46,296 nt of DNA from Chthonomonadaceae bacterium (GCA_035650735.1 DASRGZ010000218.1:1-46296), one strand, 5' to 3'; shown: positions 7,643-17,574, numbered from the stretch's first letter. Notes: generated by a model not told the origin, from the letters alone. A program made the numbers and translations.

Positions 7643-10600
7643 ATGGCTACTTCCCGAAAGAGAAGCGCGCGGCTATGGCTGGCCGTGCTTGTCGGCATTG
7701 TGGCTGCACTCACGCTCTACGGCTGCCCCTCGAGAAATCAGCAGCAGCCCGCACCTACCGGCGGCGGCACTATCGCTTCCGGCGGCGGGGAGGAGACGTT
7801 AAACGCCGTCCAGCATAATAATCTCGGCGTCCTCAAGATCGAGCAGTACGTGGTGGACGCCCCGGATAAGGGCGTAAAGGGACCGATTTACGAGTTTGAG
7901 GCCGCCAGCAAGCTCGACCCCAACAATCCTACCATCTGGACCAACCTGGGCATCGCCTACTACAGCACCATGAACCGCTTCCCGGACGCCAAGAACGCCC
8001 TGGAGAAGGCAATCCAGTTGGGCAGCACGCTGCCCAATACCTACTACACGCTGGGACTGGTGCAGCTCAAGCTGATGGACTATCCGGGCGCGGAAGCCTC
8101 CTTCCGCAAAACCCTGACGATAGATGACCGGGACGCCTTCACCTACAACGGCCTCGGTGATGCGCTTCGAGAGCAGAATAAGTGGCCCGAAGCTGTTGAT
8201 GCCTACTACAAGGCCCTGAAGTACAATCCGCTGTTCTGGACGGCGCGCAACTCTCTGCAACTGCTGCTGCGGCGCATGGGCAAGTCGGCGGAGGCGGATA
8301 AGGTCATCGCGGCCAAGCCCAAGCTGGCGCCGATCATGTTTGAAAAGGACTATCTGGGCTGGGGCAAATACGCAGAGTGCCTGCCCATCCGGGGCGATGC
8401 CAAGAACCGCACCGAGTCGCAGGCGGCCAACGTCCACTTTACGGAGGTCTCCGCGCAGGCGGGGCTGGGGCCGCAGGCGACACTGACCCATGCGGGCCTG
8501 GAATCTCCGCGCGGGGACGCCAGCGGCGCGGCCTGGAACGACTACGATAGCGACGGCAAGCCCGATGCGGCAGTGCTGACCAACGGCGGCATGGGGCCGA
8601 TGGTGCGCCTCTACCACAACGAGGGGAACGGCAAGTTCTCCGATGTGACCGGCCAGTCCGGCATCCGCTATTCGGGCGTGCCGGTCGGCCTGTGCTGGGG
8701 CGATTATGACAGTGACACCAAGCCCAACCGAAAGTACCCGCAGGAGGTCTATCCCGACCTGCTGGTCTACGGCAGCGCCGGGCTGCGCCTCTACCACAAC
8801 GACGGCGGCGGCAAGTTCTCGGATAAAACGGACCAGGCCGGACTTCAAGGGGCTGGCAAGCCGTTAGGCTTCGCCTGCTTTGTGGACGCCAATCACGACG
8901 GCCAACTGGACATCTTCGCCAGTGAGCAGAACGGCCCCAACCACCTCTACATCGGCGACGGCAACGGCCACTTCCAGGAGAATACCGGGGCCGGCGTCGG
9001 CGTCAAGCCTACCGCGCACACCTTCGCCCTGCCCACCGATTACGACCAGAACCGGGCCATAGACTTCCTGGTGCTGTCGGCTAAGGGCGAGAACGCCATG
9101 CTTCGCAACGACTACGACGGCACGTTCAGCGACCACATTCAGGAGACGGGCCTGGATAAGCTCGGTCCGGCCTTCTGCGCCGAAAGCGCCGACTTCAACA
9201 ACGACTCCCAGCTCGACCTGGCCATCGGCACGGACAAAGGCGTGGTCGTCGCCGTGCATGACGGAGTCGCTCACTACGCCACCACGCTGCTTCCCCTGCC
9301 CGCAGGCGTCTCCGGCATCGTCACCTCCCTCCAGGTAGCCGATTTCGATGGCGACGGCAACTATGACATCCTGGCGGCGGTGCAGCCCAAACCCAACGCC
9401 AGCCCCACGTCAGGCAGCACCGGCAGGCTCGTCCTCTATCACGGCACCGGCGACGGCACCTTTACGGAGGTGACCGCCTCTGCCGGGCTGGATAAGATCG
9501 CCGTGCCCTATAGGGCGCATCTGTGCCTAGCCGACTTTGACGGCAACGGCTTCGCCGATGTGCTGGTGGCGGGGGGCAATGGGGTGCGCCTGCTCCAGAA
9601 CGGCGGCAGCAGAAACCACTGGATCGGCGTGCAGTTGATCGGCAATGCCGACATTGTCTCCAACAAATATCGCCAGATAGATAACGCCAATGCCATCGGC
9701 GCGTGGGTGGAGGTCTGGGCCGGCAACGTCTGGGAGAAGACAGAGTACACGCCGGGCAGCGGCAACGATCCCATGCTGCTGTTCGGCCTGGGTTCCAACT
9801 CCAAGCCCGATTGGGTGCGCATCCAGTGGCCGAGCGGGGCGCGACAGCCGGAGAACGACCTGCCTGCCAGCCCCGGCGATCAGAAGAATCGCGTAGCCCT
9901 TCAAAGCGGGCAGCAAATCCGGCTCGCAGAGTACGCCCGTAAAATCGTCTCCTGCCCCATCCTCTACGTCTGGAACGGCAAGGAGTATAAATTCGTCACC
10001 GACCTGGAGGGCGGGGCGATTGTCGGCTACCAGGTCGCGCCCGGCCAGTACGATGTACCGGACACCGCCGAGCATGTGGCGCTGCCCGGCGAGCTCTTCG
10101 GCCTGCGCGACGGCAAGCTCAGCATCGAGATCGCCGACCAGCTGGAGGAAGTCCTCTTCATAGACGCGGCGCACCTGATCGCGGTAGACCATCCCGCCGA
10201 CACGACCATCTTCTCCAACCACAAGCTCTACGCCAATCCGCCCTATCCGCCTTACAAGACGCTGGCGGTGGACGCGCTGCGCCCAATTAAATCGGCCACT
10301 GACAACACCGGCGCGGACGTGACGGCCCAACTGGCCCGGATGGACCGCAAATATCCCGACCACTTCCGGCTGCTGCGCTTCCAGGGCTACGCTGAGCCGC
10401 ACACCCTCACGATAGACCTCGGCGATACGGGCCATGCCAAACAGGTTCTGCTCTTGCTCTACGGCTGGACGGACTACGCCGACAGCAGCGCCAACGTCGC
10501 CGCCGCGCGGGTGGGCATCACCTCGCAAAGCCCGAAGCTGGAAGTCAAGGATGCGCAGGGCCACTGGAAGACGGCCATCGCGGACATGGGCAGCGTGGCG

Positions 10601-11260
10601 GGCCTGCCGAAATGGATGGCGGTAGACCTGACCGGCAAGTTCCTCTCGCAAGACCGGCACGTGCGCATTACGACCAACATGCCCCTCTATTGGGACTGCG
10701 CCCGCGTGGGCCTGCGCAACCGCGACATTCCGCTGCGGCTGACCCGGATGAAGCCAGCAAAGGCCGAGTACCACTATCTAGGCTATCCTGATCCGGTCTA
10801 CCCGGACGGCAGGTACCCAATGGTCTATGACTACGCGCACCGGCACGAGCTGGCGCCCTATATGACGCTGACCGGCGACTACACGCGCCCCGGCGACGTG
10901 ACGGAGTTGATGCAGGCGGCAGACGACCGTTACGTCATCATGCATCATGGGCACGCCATTCGTCTGGAGTTCGACCCGTCCCGGCTGCCGGCGCTGCCGA
11001 AGGGCTGGAAGCGCGATTACGTGCTCTACTCGGACGGCTTCGGCAAGGACATGGACATGAACAGCGCCTACAACCACACGGTCGAGCCGCTGCCCTTCCA
11101 TAAGATGTCGAAGTACCCCTACGATCCGCGTAAGGAGCGCTACCCGGAGGACATCGCGCACCTGGACTATCGGCTCAAATACAACACCTGGCACGTCGGA
11201 CCGGGTGAGGCGCGGGGCCGCGCGGTCTATTGGGGCGAGCAGATGCGCCCCCGCCGCTAA
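7643..11260 (+). CDS. TPR + FG-GAP/VCBS repeat + ASPIC/UnbV (CRTAC1-like) probable lipoprotein
   Basis: AGGAG RBS before ATG 7643 (the ORF track starts at GTG 7604). Basic/hydrophobic signal ending LYGC, N-terminal TPRs, many DxDxDG Ca-binding repeats, AIGAWVEV...FGLG...IQWPSG UnbV-like segment, and a C-terminal domain starting SCPILYVWNG. Confidence 0.88.
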   Translation: MATSRKRSARLWLAVLVGIVAALTLYGCPSRNQQQPAPTGGGTIASGGGEETLNAVQHNNLGVLKIEQYVVDAPDKGVKGPIYEFEAASKLDPNNPTIWTNLGIAYYSTMNRFPDAKNALEKAIQLGSTLPNTYYTLGLVQLKLMDYPGAEASFRKTLTIDDRDAFTYNGLGDALREQNKWPEAVDAYYKALKYNPLFWTARNSLQLLLRRMGKSAEADKVIAAKPKLAPIMFEKDYLGWGKYAECLPIRGDAKNRTESQAANVHFTEVSAQAGLGPQATLTHAGLESPRGDASGAAWNDYDSDGKPDAAVLTNGGMGPMVRLYHNEGNGKFSDVTGQSGIRYSGVPVGLCWGDYDSDTKPNRKYPQEVYPDLLVYGSAGLRLYHNDGGGKFSDKTDQAGLQGAGKPLGFACFVDANHDGQLDIFASEQNGPNHLYIGDGNGHFQENTGAGVGVKPTAHTFALPTDYDQNRAIDFLVLSAKGENAMLRNDYDGTFSDHIQETGLDKLGPAFCAESADFNNDSQLDLAIGTDKGVVVAVHDGVAHYATTLLPLPAGVSGIVTSLQVADFDGDGNYDILAAVQPKPNASPTSGSTGRLVLYHGTGDGTFTEVTASAGLDKIAVPYRAHLCLADFDGNGFADVLVAGGNGVRLLQNGGSRNHWIGVQLIGNADIVSNKYRQIDNANAIGAWVEVWAGNVWEKTEYTPGSGNDPMLLFGLGSNSKPDWVRIQWPSGARQPENDLPASPGDQKNRVALQSGQQIRLAEYARKIVSCPILYVWNGKEYKFVTDLEGGAIVGYQVAPGQYDVPDTAEHVALPGELFGLRDGKLSIEIADQLEEVLFIDAAHLIAVDHPADTTIFSNHKLYANPPYPPYKTLAVDALRPIKSATDNTGADVTAQLARMDRKYPDHFRLLRFQGYAEPHTLTIDLGDTGHAKQVLLLLYGWTDYADSSANVAAARVGITSQSPKLEVKDAQGHWKTAIADMGSVAGLPKWMAVDLTGKFLSQDRHVRITTNMPLYWDCARVGLRNRDIPLRLTRMKPAKAEYHYLGYPDPVYPDGRYPMVYDYAHRHELAPYMTLTGDYTRPGDVTELMQAADDRYVIMHHGHAIRLEFDPSRLPALPKGWKRDYVLYSDGFGKDMDMNSAYNHTVEPLPFHKMSKYPYDPRKERYPEDIAHLDYRLKYNTWHVGPGEARGRAVYWGEQMRPRR

Positions 11261-11272
11261 AGCCAAATCCTC

Positions 11273-11503
11273 AACAGGATGAATCAGGATTTAGCAGGAT
11301 TTACAGGATTAGGGCTAGAGAGAGACAGAAGCCTTCCAGCCAACCAAGTTAAGAGGCATAGGTACTCGGCTGGTTGGGTTTTGGTAATCCCTCCCAACGG
11401 TGTTGACGTATCTCCTCAGCAGCAGGCTGCGTGAGATTGATCCACACGGCTGGGAGTGTCTACCTGGGTTTTAGAAATCCTGTTTAATCCTGTTCATCCT
11501 GTT
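11273..11503. repeat. Inverted pair of short tandem CAGGAT(T) arrays
   Basis: AACAGGATGAATCAGGATTTAGCAGGATTTACAGGATT (11273-11310) versus AATCCTGTTTAATCCTGTTCATCCTGTT (11476-11503). The pair encloses the 82-bp MITE copy 1. Confidence 0.75.
11383..11464 (+). mobile_element. 82-bp MITE, copy 1
   Basis: Imperfect TIRs GGTAATCCCTCCCAAC / GGTAGACACTCCCAGC; 8-bp TSD TGGGTTTT on both sides. Confidence 0.92.
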
Positions 11504-11688
11504 GGAATTGGTTTTTCTGAAACTTTGGCATGCCGCTTCCGTTCAATATCTTAAGGGGCCTATTGACCCCTCCCCCGTCATCCCCAACAGAGGCGCGCGA
11601 CGCCCCGACGTCAGCAGGCTTCCTGGCTTTCGCGGGGACCGATTCTGTTTCTTGAGGAAGGTGCGCCACGCAGCGCAGGAGGACATGT

Positions 11689-14600
11689 ATGGCTTACGTC
11701 GTGTGCGATTTTAACCCCGAAGAACTCCGGGACGCCGAGCGCCTGGCCGATATGTTCAACGACTTCGATTCGGCCTGGCCGGGCGGCTTCACGCGCGGTA
11801 TGCGGGAGACCGCCGAGCGCGTTCAGGAGCGCTTCCGGCAGATGCGCCGCCTGGCCATGTGCGTGGTCGAGTCGTCCGAGGGCGAATTTGTCGGGTACTG
11901 CGACCTGGAGGCCCAGCCCGGACAGACCGATCTGGCCTATATTCCGCTGCTGGGCGCGCGCCTCTCCCATCACGGCAAGGGCGTCGGAAAGATGCTGTTG
12001 CGCGAGCTGGTGCGCCGCGCTACCGAGATGGGCTACCGCCAGGTCACGCTGCATACCTGGCCCGGTAACACCAAGGCCGTCCCCCTCTATAAAAAGACCG
12101 GCTTTAATTGGGTACCCGAAACCAACGTCTTCATGCGCAACTTTATCCCCACGGCACTGACCATCCCCGCTGGCAAAGCCTTCTTCGCCAATCGGGACTG
12201 GTACGAGTGCCTGGAGCGGGAGATCGTAGTCGCTCCGGACGATGTGAAATGGAAGGGAATGCAGGTCTTTCCCTATCGCTTCCGCGCCGGTGATGACTTC
12301 CTGAACCTGGTCTTCGATGCGGCGGGCCAGCGCCTGACCGCCATCGAGACGCCCGCCTACTCCGTCGCCTGTAGCATTCCGATGGAGGATGCTCCCGCCG
12401 GGGAGACGGTGCCCATCACCTGGGAGATCGTTCCGCGCGGCAAGCCGCTGGAGGTCGTTCTGCTGACGGAGGCGGACGCGGGCCTGGAGCTAAGCGTGCA
12501 GGAACGGTTCGTTGCCGAGCGCGAGACGGTGATCACCCGCGAAGTGCGCCTCTCCTCGGAGGCCGAGCCCCGGCGCGAGGGCGAGCCGGCCCACCGCGTC
12601 CGCTCCATGCTGCTCATTGACGGGCAGCCTCTGGTGCTGGAGACCGGCGTCAAGATCGTGCGCCCGATAGAGATAGAGTATTCGGGGCAGGGGCTCTTTC
12701 CGGGCCGCGCCGAGAAGGTGGCGGTCGTGCTGCAGAGCAACCTGGATCGGCCCGTGCAGGGCAGGCTGGCGCTGGATGCCCATCCTGCCATCGCCTGCGA
12801 GTCGCCCGTGCAGGAGTTCACGCTGCCGCCGCGCCTGCGGACTCAGTGTGAATTTACCGTCACGGTGCGGGAGCCGGGCGTCTTCCCCACGCAGGCGCGC
12901 TACGAGGCGGAGGGACGGCACGGCAGCCGTCCGGTTACCTTCCGCGCCTTCAGCGGGCAGGCGGCGCTCGCCAGCATAGACCCGGTTTATGGCGAGTCCG
13001 CCGTGCTGGAAAGCCCCGACCTGCAAGTCAACGTTTACCTGCGCGGCGGCTGGATGCGTCTGAACCATCCGAGCATGGATCGCGGCTTTATCGGCACGGG
13101 CCTGGCCGAGCTTGGCCCGCCCTTCATGGATTGGCGGATGCGCCCGCCGCTCTACACAGCCCGCGTGGATCAGAGGGACGGCGCAGCAGCGCTGACGATC
13201 ATTGCGCCCTCCCAGGAGTTTCCGGGCCTGGTGGTCGAGTGCTCTCTGTCCCTGCTCGGCGGCGAGGTGGTCCGCATGGATTACCGGGTTTCCAATACGA
13301 CGGACGCGCCGCTGCCCGCGCGCCTGCGCCATCATGCCAACGGCTGGCTGCATCGCTATCTTGTTGCGCCGACGCCGGAGGGACTGATCCGGGAGCCGGT
13401 GCGCTGGGGCGAGTATCCTTCCGGGGAGACGGACATATTGGCGCATCGGGCGAAGCTGACCGAGAACTGGGTCGCCGGCGAGGAGGAGAACCTGGTTTGC
13501 GGCCAGATCTGGACGGATGCATCGGACGAGGAGATGCACTGGTCGTTCTTTCCGAACCTGTTCTACGATGTCGGCGAGGTGCCGCCGCACGGGATGCGCG
13601 CCCTGCCGCCAATCTATCTCGTGGCGGGCGCGGGCGACTGGAAGAAGGTGCGCGGTTGGTGGCGGCGGCTGATACAGCCCTCCGGCATTCACGAGCCTTA
13701 TGAGCCGGAGCCGGGCCGCGTCCTGGAGGTGCGCGCCGATCCCTCGCCCGCGCTGCTCCACGACGATCAGAGGGAGGTGCGCCTGTCGGTAATCAACCGG
13801 CGCGGCAAGGCCCTCTGCGGCACGCTGACCGTCACGGGCGAGATGCTGGAGCCCGCAGAGACACAGTTCCCGCTGGAGGATCTGGATCGGGACCGCACGT
13901 TCACCGCTGCTGTGGAGGTGGTCGCTGCGGACAGACCGGCTGCCGGGTTTTTGGAGGCGGCGGTGGATTCCGGCCCGGTGACGGAGACGTTCCGCGTCCC
14001 GGTGATACGCCTGGGCGGAGGAAAAGGCGTCCGCGTGGAGGAGGCAGAGAACGGGACGTTCCTGGCCGACAATGGCCTGCTGAGGCTGCGCGTCGCGCCG
14101 GGCCACCTGGGCTCGCTCTACGCCCTGGAGTATAGGGAAGCCAACCATCTGTTCTCTTCCTATCCGGAGCCGCGCCCGTTCCGCTGGGCCAATCCCTGGT
14201 TTGGCGGCATCCATCCCTACCTCGGCTGGATGGGGAATCCGCGCCTGGCGCGCGAGAAGTTCACCGGCGAGCCCATCGAGCGCGTCGGGGAGCGGGGCCT
14301 GCACTGGCAGGGCGTGCGCGCTGCGTGTACGCCGGAACATAAAGACCTGCGTTGGCTGGGCGTCGAGGTCGAATACCTGACCACGCCGGGCAGCAACGTG
14401 GTTGCAGTGGTCTTGCGGCTGATTAATCGCAGCACGGCCCAGGCATCTACCGGGGGCGGAATCGCCGTCTGGCCGCAACTCGGCGGTGTGCGCGAGAATG
14501 CCATCGTGCATTGGGAGAGCGAGGGAGAGCGGCGGGTGCGGCGGCGCGGCGTATTCCAGGCCGGGGGACGCTCCGGCCCGTGGACGGCCGTGGAGAACAC

Positions 14601-14817
14601 CGACACGGGCGACATCCTCCTGCTGGTCGCCTCCGACCCGAACGCGCATACCGGCTTCGACGATTGGGAGAAGGACGGCGTGCATCTGTCAACGGACGGC
14701 CATATCTCCTTCGAGCCGCAGGAGACCAGGGAGCTGCTCTCCTGGCTTGTCCTCTGCGACAACATCAAGCAGATAGAGGCGTACGGCGCGCTCGCCCAGG
14801 CCCGTCGTCTGCCGTAG
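11689..14817 (+). CDS. Large GNAT-family N-acetyltransferase with extended C-terminal domains (1042 aa)
   Basis: AGGAGG RBS. HHGKGVGKMLL acetyl-CoA motif A and NTKAVPLYKKTGF motif B in the first 150 aa; remainder unassigned. Confidence 0.85.
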   Translation: MAYVVCDFNPEELRDAERLADMFNDFDSAWPGGFTRGMRETAERVQERFRQMRRLAMCVVESSEGEFVGYCDLEAQPGQTDLAYIPLLGARLSHHGKGVGKMLLRELVRRATEMGYRQVTLHTWPGNTKAVPLYKKTGFNWVPETNVFMRNFIPTALTIPAGKAFFANRDWYECLEREIVVAPDDVKWKGMQVFPYRFRAGDDFLNLVFDAAGQRLTAIETPAYSVACSIPMEDAPAGETVPITWEIVPRGKPLEVVLLTEADAGLELSVQERFVAERETVITREVRLSSEAEPRREGEPAHRVRSMLLIDGQPLVLETGVKIVRPIEIEYSGQGLFPGRAEKVAVVLQSNLDRPVQGRLALDAHPAIACESPVQEFTLPPRLRTQCEFTVTVREPGVFPTQARYEAEGRHGSRPVTFRAFSGQAALASIDPVYGESAVLESPDLQVNVYLRGGWMRLNHPSMDRGFIGTGLAELGPPFMDWRMRPPLYTARVDQRDGAAALTIIAPSQEFPGLVVECSLSLLGGEVVRMDYRVSNTTDAPLPARLRHHANGWLHRYLVAPTPEGLIREPVRWGEYPSGETDILAHRAKLTENWVAGEEENLVCGQIWTDASDEEMHWSFFPNLFYDVGEVPPHGMRALPPIYLVAGAGDWKKVRGWWRRLIQPSGIHEPYEPEPGRVLEVRADPSPALLHDDQREVRLSVINRRGKALCGTLTVTGEMLEPAETQFPLEDLDRDRTFTAAVEVVAADRPAAGFLEAAVDSGPVTETFRVPVIRLGGGKGVRVEEAENGTFLADNGLLRLRVAPGHLGSLYALEYREANHLFSSYPEPRPFRWANPWFGGIHPYLGWMGNPRLAREKFTGEPIERVGERGLHWQGVRAACTPEHKDLRWLGVEVEYLTTPGSNVVAVVLRLINRSTAQASTGGGIAVWPQLGGVRENAIVHWESEGERRVRRRGVFQAGGRSGPWTAVENTDTGDILLLVASDPNAHTGFDDWEKDGVHLSTDGHISFEPQETRELLSWLVLCDNIKQIEAYGALAQARRLP

Positions 14818-14946
14818 AGGCTCGTGGTCATGAATAACGCCGCTCATCGTTGCGAGCCGCGAACGATTTGTCTGACCTGTTTGCGGCTCGTCTCCCCCTT
14901 GACAGAGCCTCTTTCCTGGGCTACAGTAACGGGGGAGGAAGGGACT

Positions 14947-15255
14947 ATGACCACCACACTCGCGCTGACGCTCACGCTCCAACCCGAAGAGCAGGCCCGC
15001 CTGGAAGCACAGGCCCAACAGCAGGGATTGCCCCTGGAAGCCTACCTCCAGGCGCTTATCGAGCGCTTGGCCCGCCCGCTGGATGCCCATTCTCTGCGCG
15101 CTCTGCCCCGGCAGGAGCGCAACCGCCTGCTGGCTCAGCAGGCTGCCGAGGCCGTTGCTCTGTATGAAGCAGACCTGGCACGCCCGGTGGAACAAAGGGA
15201 GTTAACCGCCTTTACGGCTCTAGATGGAGACCCTGTCTATGACCGCACCCCGTGA
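14947..15255 (+). CDS. Putative antitoxin (102 aa) upstream of a PemK/MazF toxin
   Basis: GGAGG/AGGG RBS. LTLQPEEQARLEAQAQQQGLPLEAYL is an RHH-like N-terminus; acidic C-terminus; overlaps the toxin start. Confidence 0.75.
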   Translation: MTTTLALTLTLQPEEQARLEAQAQQQGLPLEAYLQALIERLARPLDAHSLRALPRQERNRLLAQQAAEAVALYEADLARPVEQRELTAFTALDGDPVYDRTP

Positions 15256-15598
15256 CCCCAAGCGCGGTGAGGTCTGGCGGGTGGACTTAGAGCCGACCCG
15301 AGGCGCCGAAATTAGCAAAGCCCGACCCTGCGTGGTTATCAACGCCGCCGGGGTCGGGCGTCTGCCCTTGCGGATCGTGGTGCCCATCACCGAGTGGGAC
15401 GACCGCTATGCCGGCTAGGTCTGGATGGTTCGCCTGGACCCAGACGCCGCCAATGGCCTATCCAAGCCCTCGACCGCAGACGCCTTCCAGATCCGCTCGG
15501 TTTCCTTAGACCGGTTCCTGGACCGTTTAGGAGCACTGACCGAGGCCCTGACCGACCAGATCGCCGATGCAGTGGCAACCTGTGTAGATGCGCCCTGA
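15239..15598 (+). pseudogene. mazF: PemK/MazF-family toxin interrupted by an in-frame TAG
   Basis: KRGEVWRVDLEPTRGAEISKARPCVVI...VVPIT, then TAG at 15416-15418. The frame continues VWMVRLDPDAANGLSKPSTADAFQIRSVSLDRFLDRLG...VDAP*, a complete MazF C-half. Confidence 0.9.
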
Positions 15599-15633
15599 GA
15601 AGACCCGGGCGAATCCGCCCAGGAGCAATTCGT

Positions 15634-16440
15634 ATGTCGGAAGAGCTCCATGTTTTGCGGGCCGCCTTTGACCAGGAAGCCTGGCTCTATGATCAGGCCC
15701 GCCCTGGCTATCCCCCATCCCTCCTTGAAGACGTCATCGCCTTGACCTGCCTTCCCTCCACTGGGTCTATCCTGGAGATTGGCTGCGGCACAGGACAAGC
15801 CACGCTGCCCTTTGCCGAGCGCGGATACCGTATTCTTGCCATCGAGCTTGGGGCCAACTTAGCGGCGATGGCCCGTCATAAGTTGGCTTCCTTTCCTCAA
15901 GCGCAGGTGTGGATAGGCGCTTTTGAGGATTGGCCAGTCCAGCAAGCTACCTTCGATCTTTGTATCTTCGCCACCGCTTTTCACTGGATTGATCCGGCCA
16001 TAAGCTATCCGAAAGTCGCCCGAGCGCTCCGGCCTGGAGGGTCTATCGCCTTATTCTGGAATAAGCACGTACAGGCGGCAGACACTCAGGGCTTCTTTGA
16101 AGCCTCGCAAGAGGTATACCGTCGCGAAGCGCCGGAGATATTTGTGGACGAATCGTTGCCCCGGGCGGAGGAGGTGGAAGAGCCGGTGGCAGCCCAGATG
16201 GAGGCTACCGGGCTCTTTGGCCCTGTGACCGTTCGCCGTTACGTCTGGGTACAGGAGTATGATGCGGACAGCTATCTCCGGCTCCTCAACACCTATTCCG
16301 GTCATCTGGCATTGCCCCCGTCTGTGAGAGCGCACCTGTTTGAGGGTATTCGCGACCTCATTAACACGCGCTTTAATGGGCAGATACGCAAAGGCTATCT
16401 TTCGCTACTTTATGTCGCTCAGGCTATCGCGACGCAATAG
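15634..16440 (+). CDS. Class I SAM-dependent methyltransferase
   Basis: AGGAG RBS before ATG 15634. YDQARPGYP, ILEIGCGTG, FDL...ATAFHWID, LRPGG. Confidence 0.9.
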   Translation: MSEELHVLRAAFDQEAWLYDQARPGYPPSLLEDVIALTCLPSTGSILEIGCGTGQATLPFAERGYRILAIELGANLAAMARHKLASFPQAQVWIGAFEDWPVQQATFDLCIFATAFHWIDPAISYPKVARALRPGGSIALFWNKHVQAADTQGFFEASQEVYRREAPEIFVDESLPRAEEVEEPVAAQMEATGLFGPVTVRRYVWVQEYDADSYLRLLNTYSGHLALPPSVRAHLFEGIRDLINTRFNGQIRKGYLSLLYVAQAIATQ

Positions 16441-16537
16441 CGAATAGGCCGTTACTCTGGTGGGGCGCGGCCTGCCTCGAAAGGAGAAGCGTTCGATGAG
16501 ATCGCGACGCCATAGCGAATAGGCCGTTACCCTGGTG
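16426..16537 (+). repeat. 37-bp direct repeat x2 (2 mismatches) with a 38-bp spacer
   Basis: ATCGCGACGC(A/C)ATAGCGAATAGGCCGTTAC(T/C)CTGGTG at 16426-16462 and 16501-16537. The first copy contains the methyltransferase stop codon. Confidence 0.85.
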
Positions 16538-16678
16538 ATGTTGCTAATTGTCTCCCCCTGCTGTCTAAAGAGTTGGAACTCTAACATTGGCTGGGGGTGA
16601 CCCGGAACGCCTCCGGCCCTCGTCGTACCGGGGCAGGGTGATGACACTCTGCCCCAATCTCTGAAAAGGAGAGAAAGA

Positions 16679-17425
16679 ATGCGTTCAACAACCAGGATCG
16701 GGCTGGCTTGCCTGGGAGTCGCCGCGCTGCTGCTTGCCTCCTTCGGTGCAGCATCGGCCCAGCGGGGCCAGGGGCGTCGGGGCGGAATGATGGGCATGAT
16801 GGGACGTGGCGGTGCCTTCATGCTGCTGCGGAACAAATCCGTACAGGATGAGCTAAAGTTAACGCCCCAGCAGATCGAAAAGCTCGATGCCAAACAGCAG
16901 GAACTGCGACAAGCGATGCGCGATCAGTTCCAGAATCCTTCCAATGACCCGGAGGAGCGACGCTCCAGGATGACGAGAATTCAGGAGATGCAGCAGAAAG
17001 CCATCGCCGACATCCTCGACAGCAAGCAGCTTACGCGGTTCAAGCAGATCGAGCTTCAGCAGGAAGGGCCTGCCGCCCTCACACGGAAGGATGTGGCCGA
17101 TCAACTAAACCTCACGGATGAGCAGAGAAATCAGGTGAGGAATATTCAGGAAGATGCGCAGGCGCGGATGCAGGAGATGATGCAGGGCGTGGATTTCCGC
17201 AACATGTCTCCTGAGGACCGGCAGCAACTGATGCAGAAGTTCCAGGCGGCGCGCAAAGAGTTCAACGATAAGTATCTCGCCGTGCTCACGGAGGCTCAAA
17301 AAGAGCAGTGGAATAAGATGCTCGGCGAGCCGTTCCATCTCGTCCAACCCGCTCGTCCTAACAGGGGTGCGAACAGAGGCGGACCGTCCGCAGCCGTCCC
17401 GCAGCGTCAGGCTCCAGTAGTCTAA
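16679..17425 (+). CDS. Secreted helical protein, Spy/CpxP-like (LTxxQ repeats)
   Basis: AAAGGAG RBS; signal peptide ending ASA; repeated LKLTPQQ/LNLTDEQ/LTEAQ; Q/E/M-rich. Confidence 0.8.
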   Translation: MRSTTRIGLACLGVAALLLASFGAASAQRGQGRRGGMMGMMGRGGAFMLLRNKSVQDELKLTPQQIEKLDAKQQELRQAMRDQFQNPSNDPEERRSRMTRIQEMQQKAIADILDSKQLTRFKQIELQQEGPAALTRKDVADQLNLTDEQRNQVRNIQEDAQARMQEMMQGVDFRNMSPEDRQQLMQKFQAARKEFNDKYLAVLTEAQKEQWNKMLGEPFHLVQPARPNRGANRGGPSAAVPQRQAPVV

Positions 17426-17451
17426 GCGAAACTCTACCCTCTTTTCTATCC

Positions 17452-17492
17452 GCCTGTCCATGCCCTCGTCTGAGGGAGTGGACAGGCTTTTT
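17452..17492 (+). terminator. Rho-independent terminator
   Basis: GCCTGTCCA...TGGACAGGC stem followed by TTTTT. Confidence 0.75.
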
Positions 17493-17574
17493 ACTTTAAG
17501 AACATGTACGGTGTCTTCTGGCCACCCACAGCCCGGTCCTTTAGGGCCGGGCACACAGCCGGGTTTCTGTAGAC

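Noticed and set aside
15416..15418. Pyrrolysine or stop-codon reassignment of TAG in mazF
   Set aside because: TAG ends several intact genes in the window (e.g. 14817, 16440, gspE) and no pyl genes are visible. A nonsense mutation is simpler.
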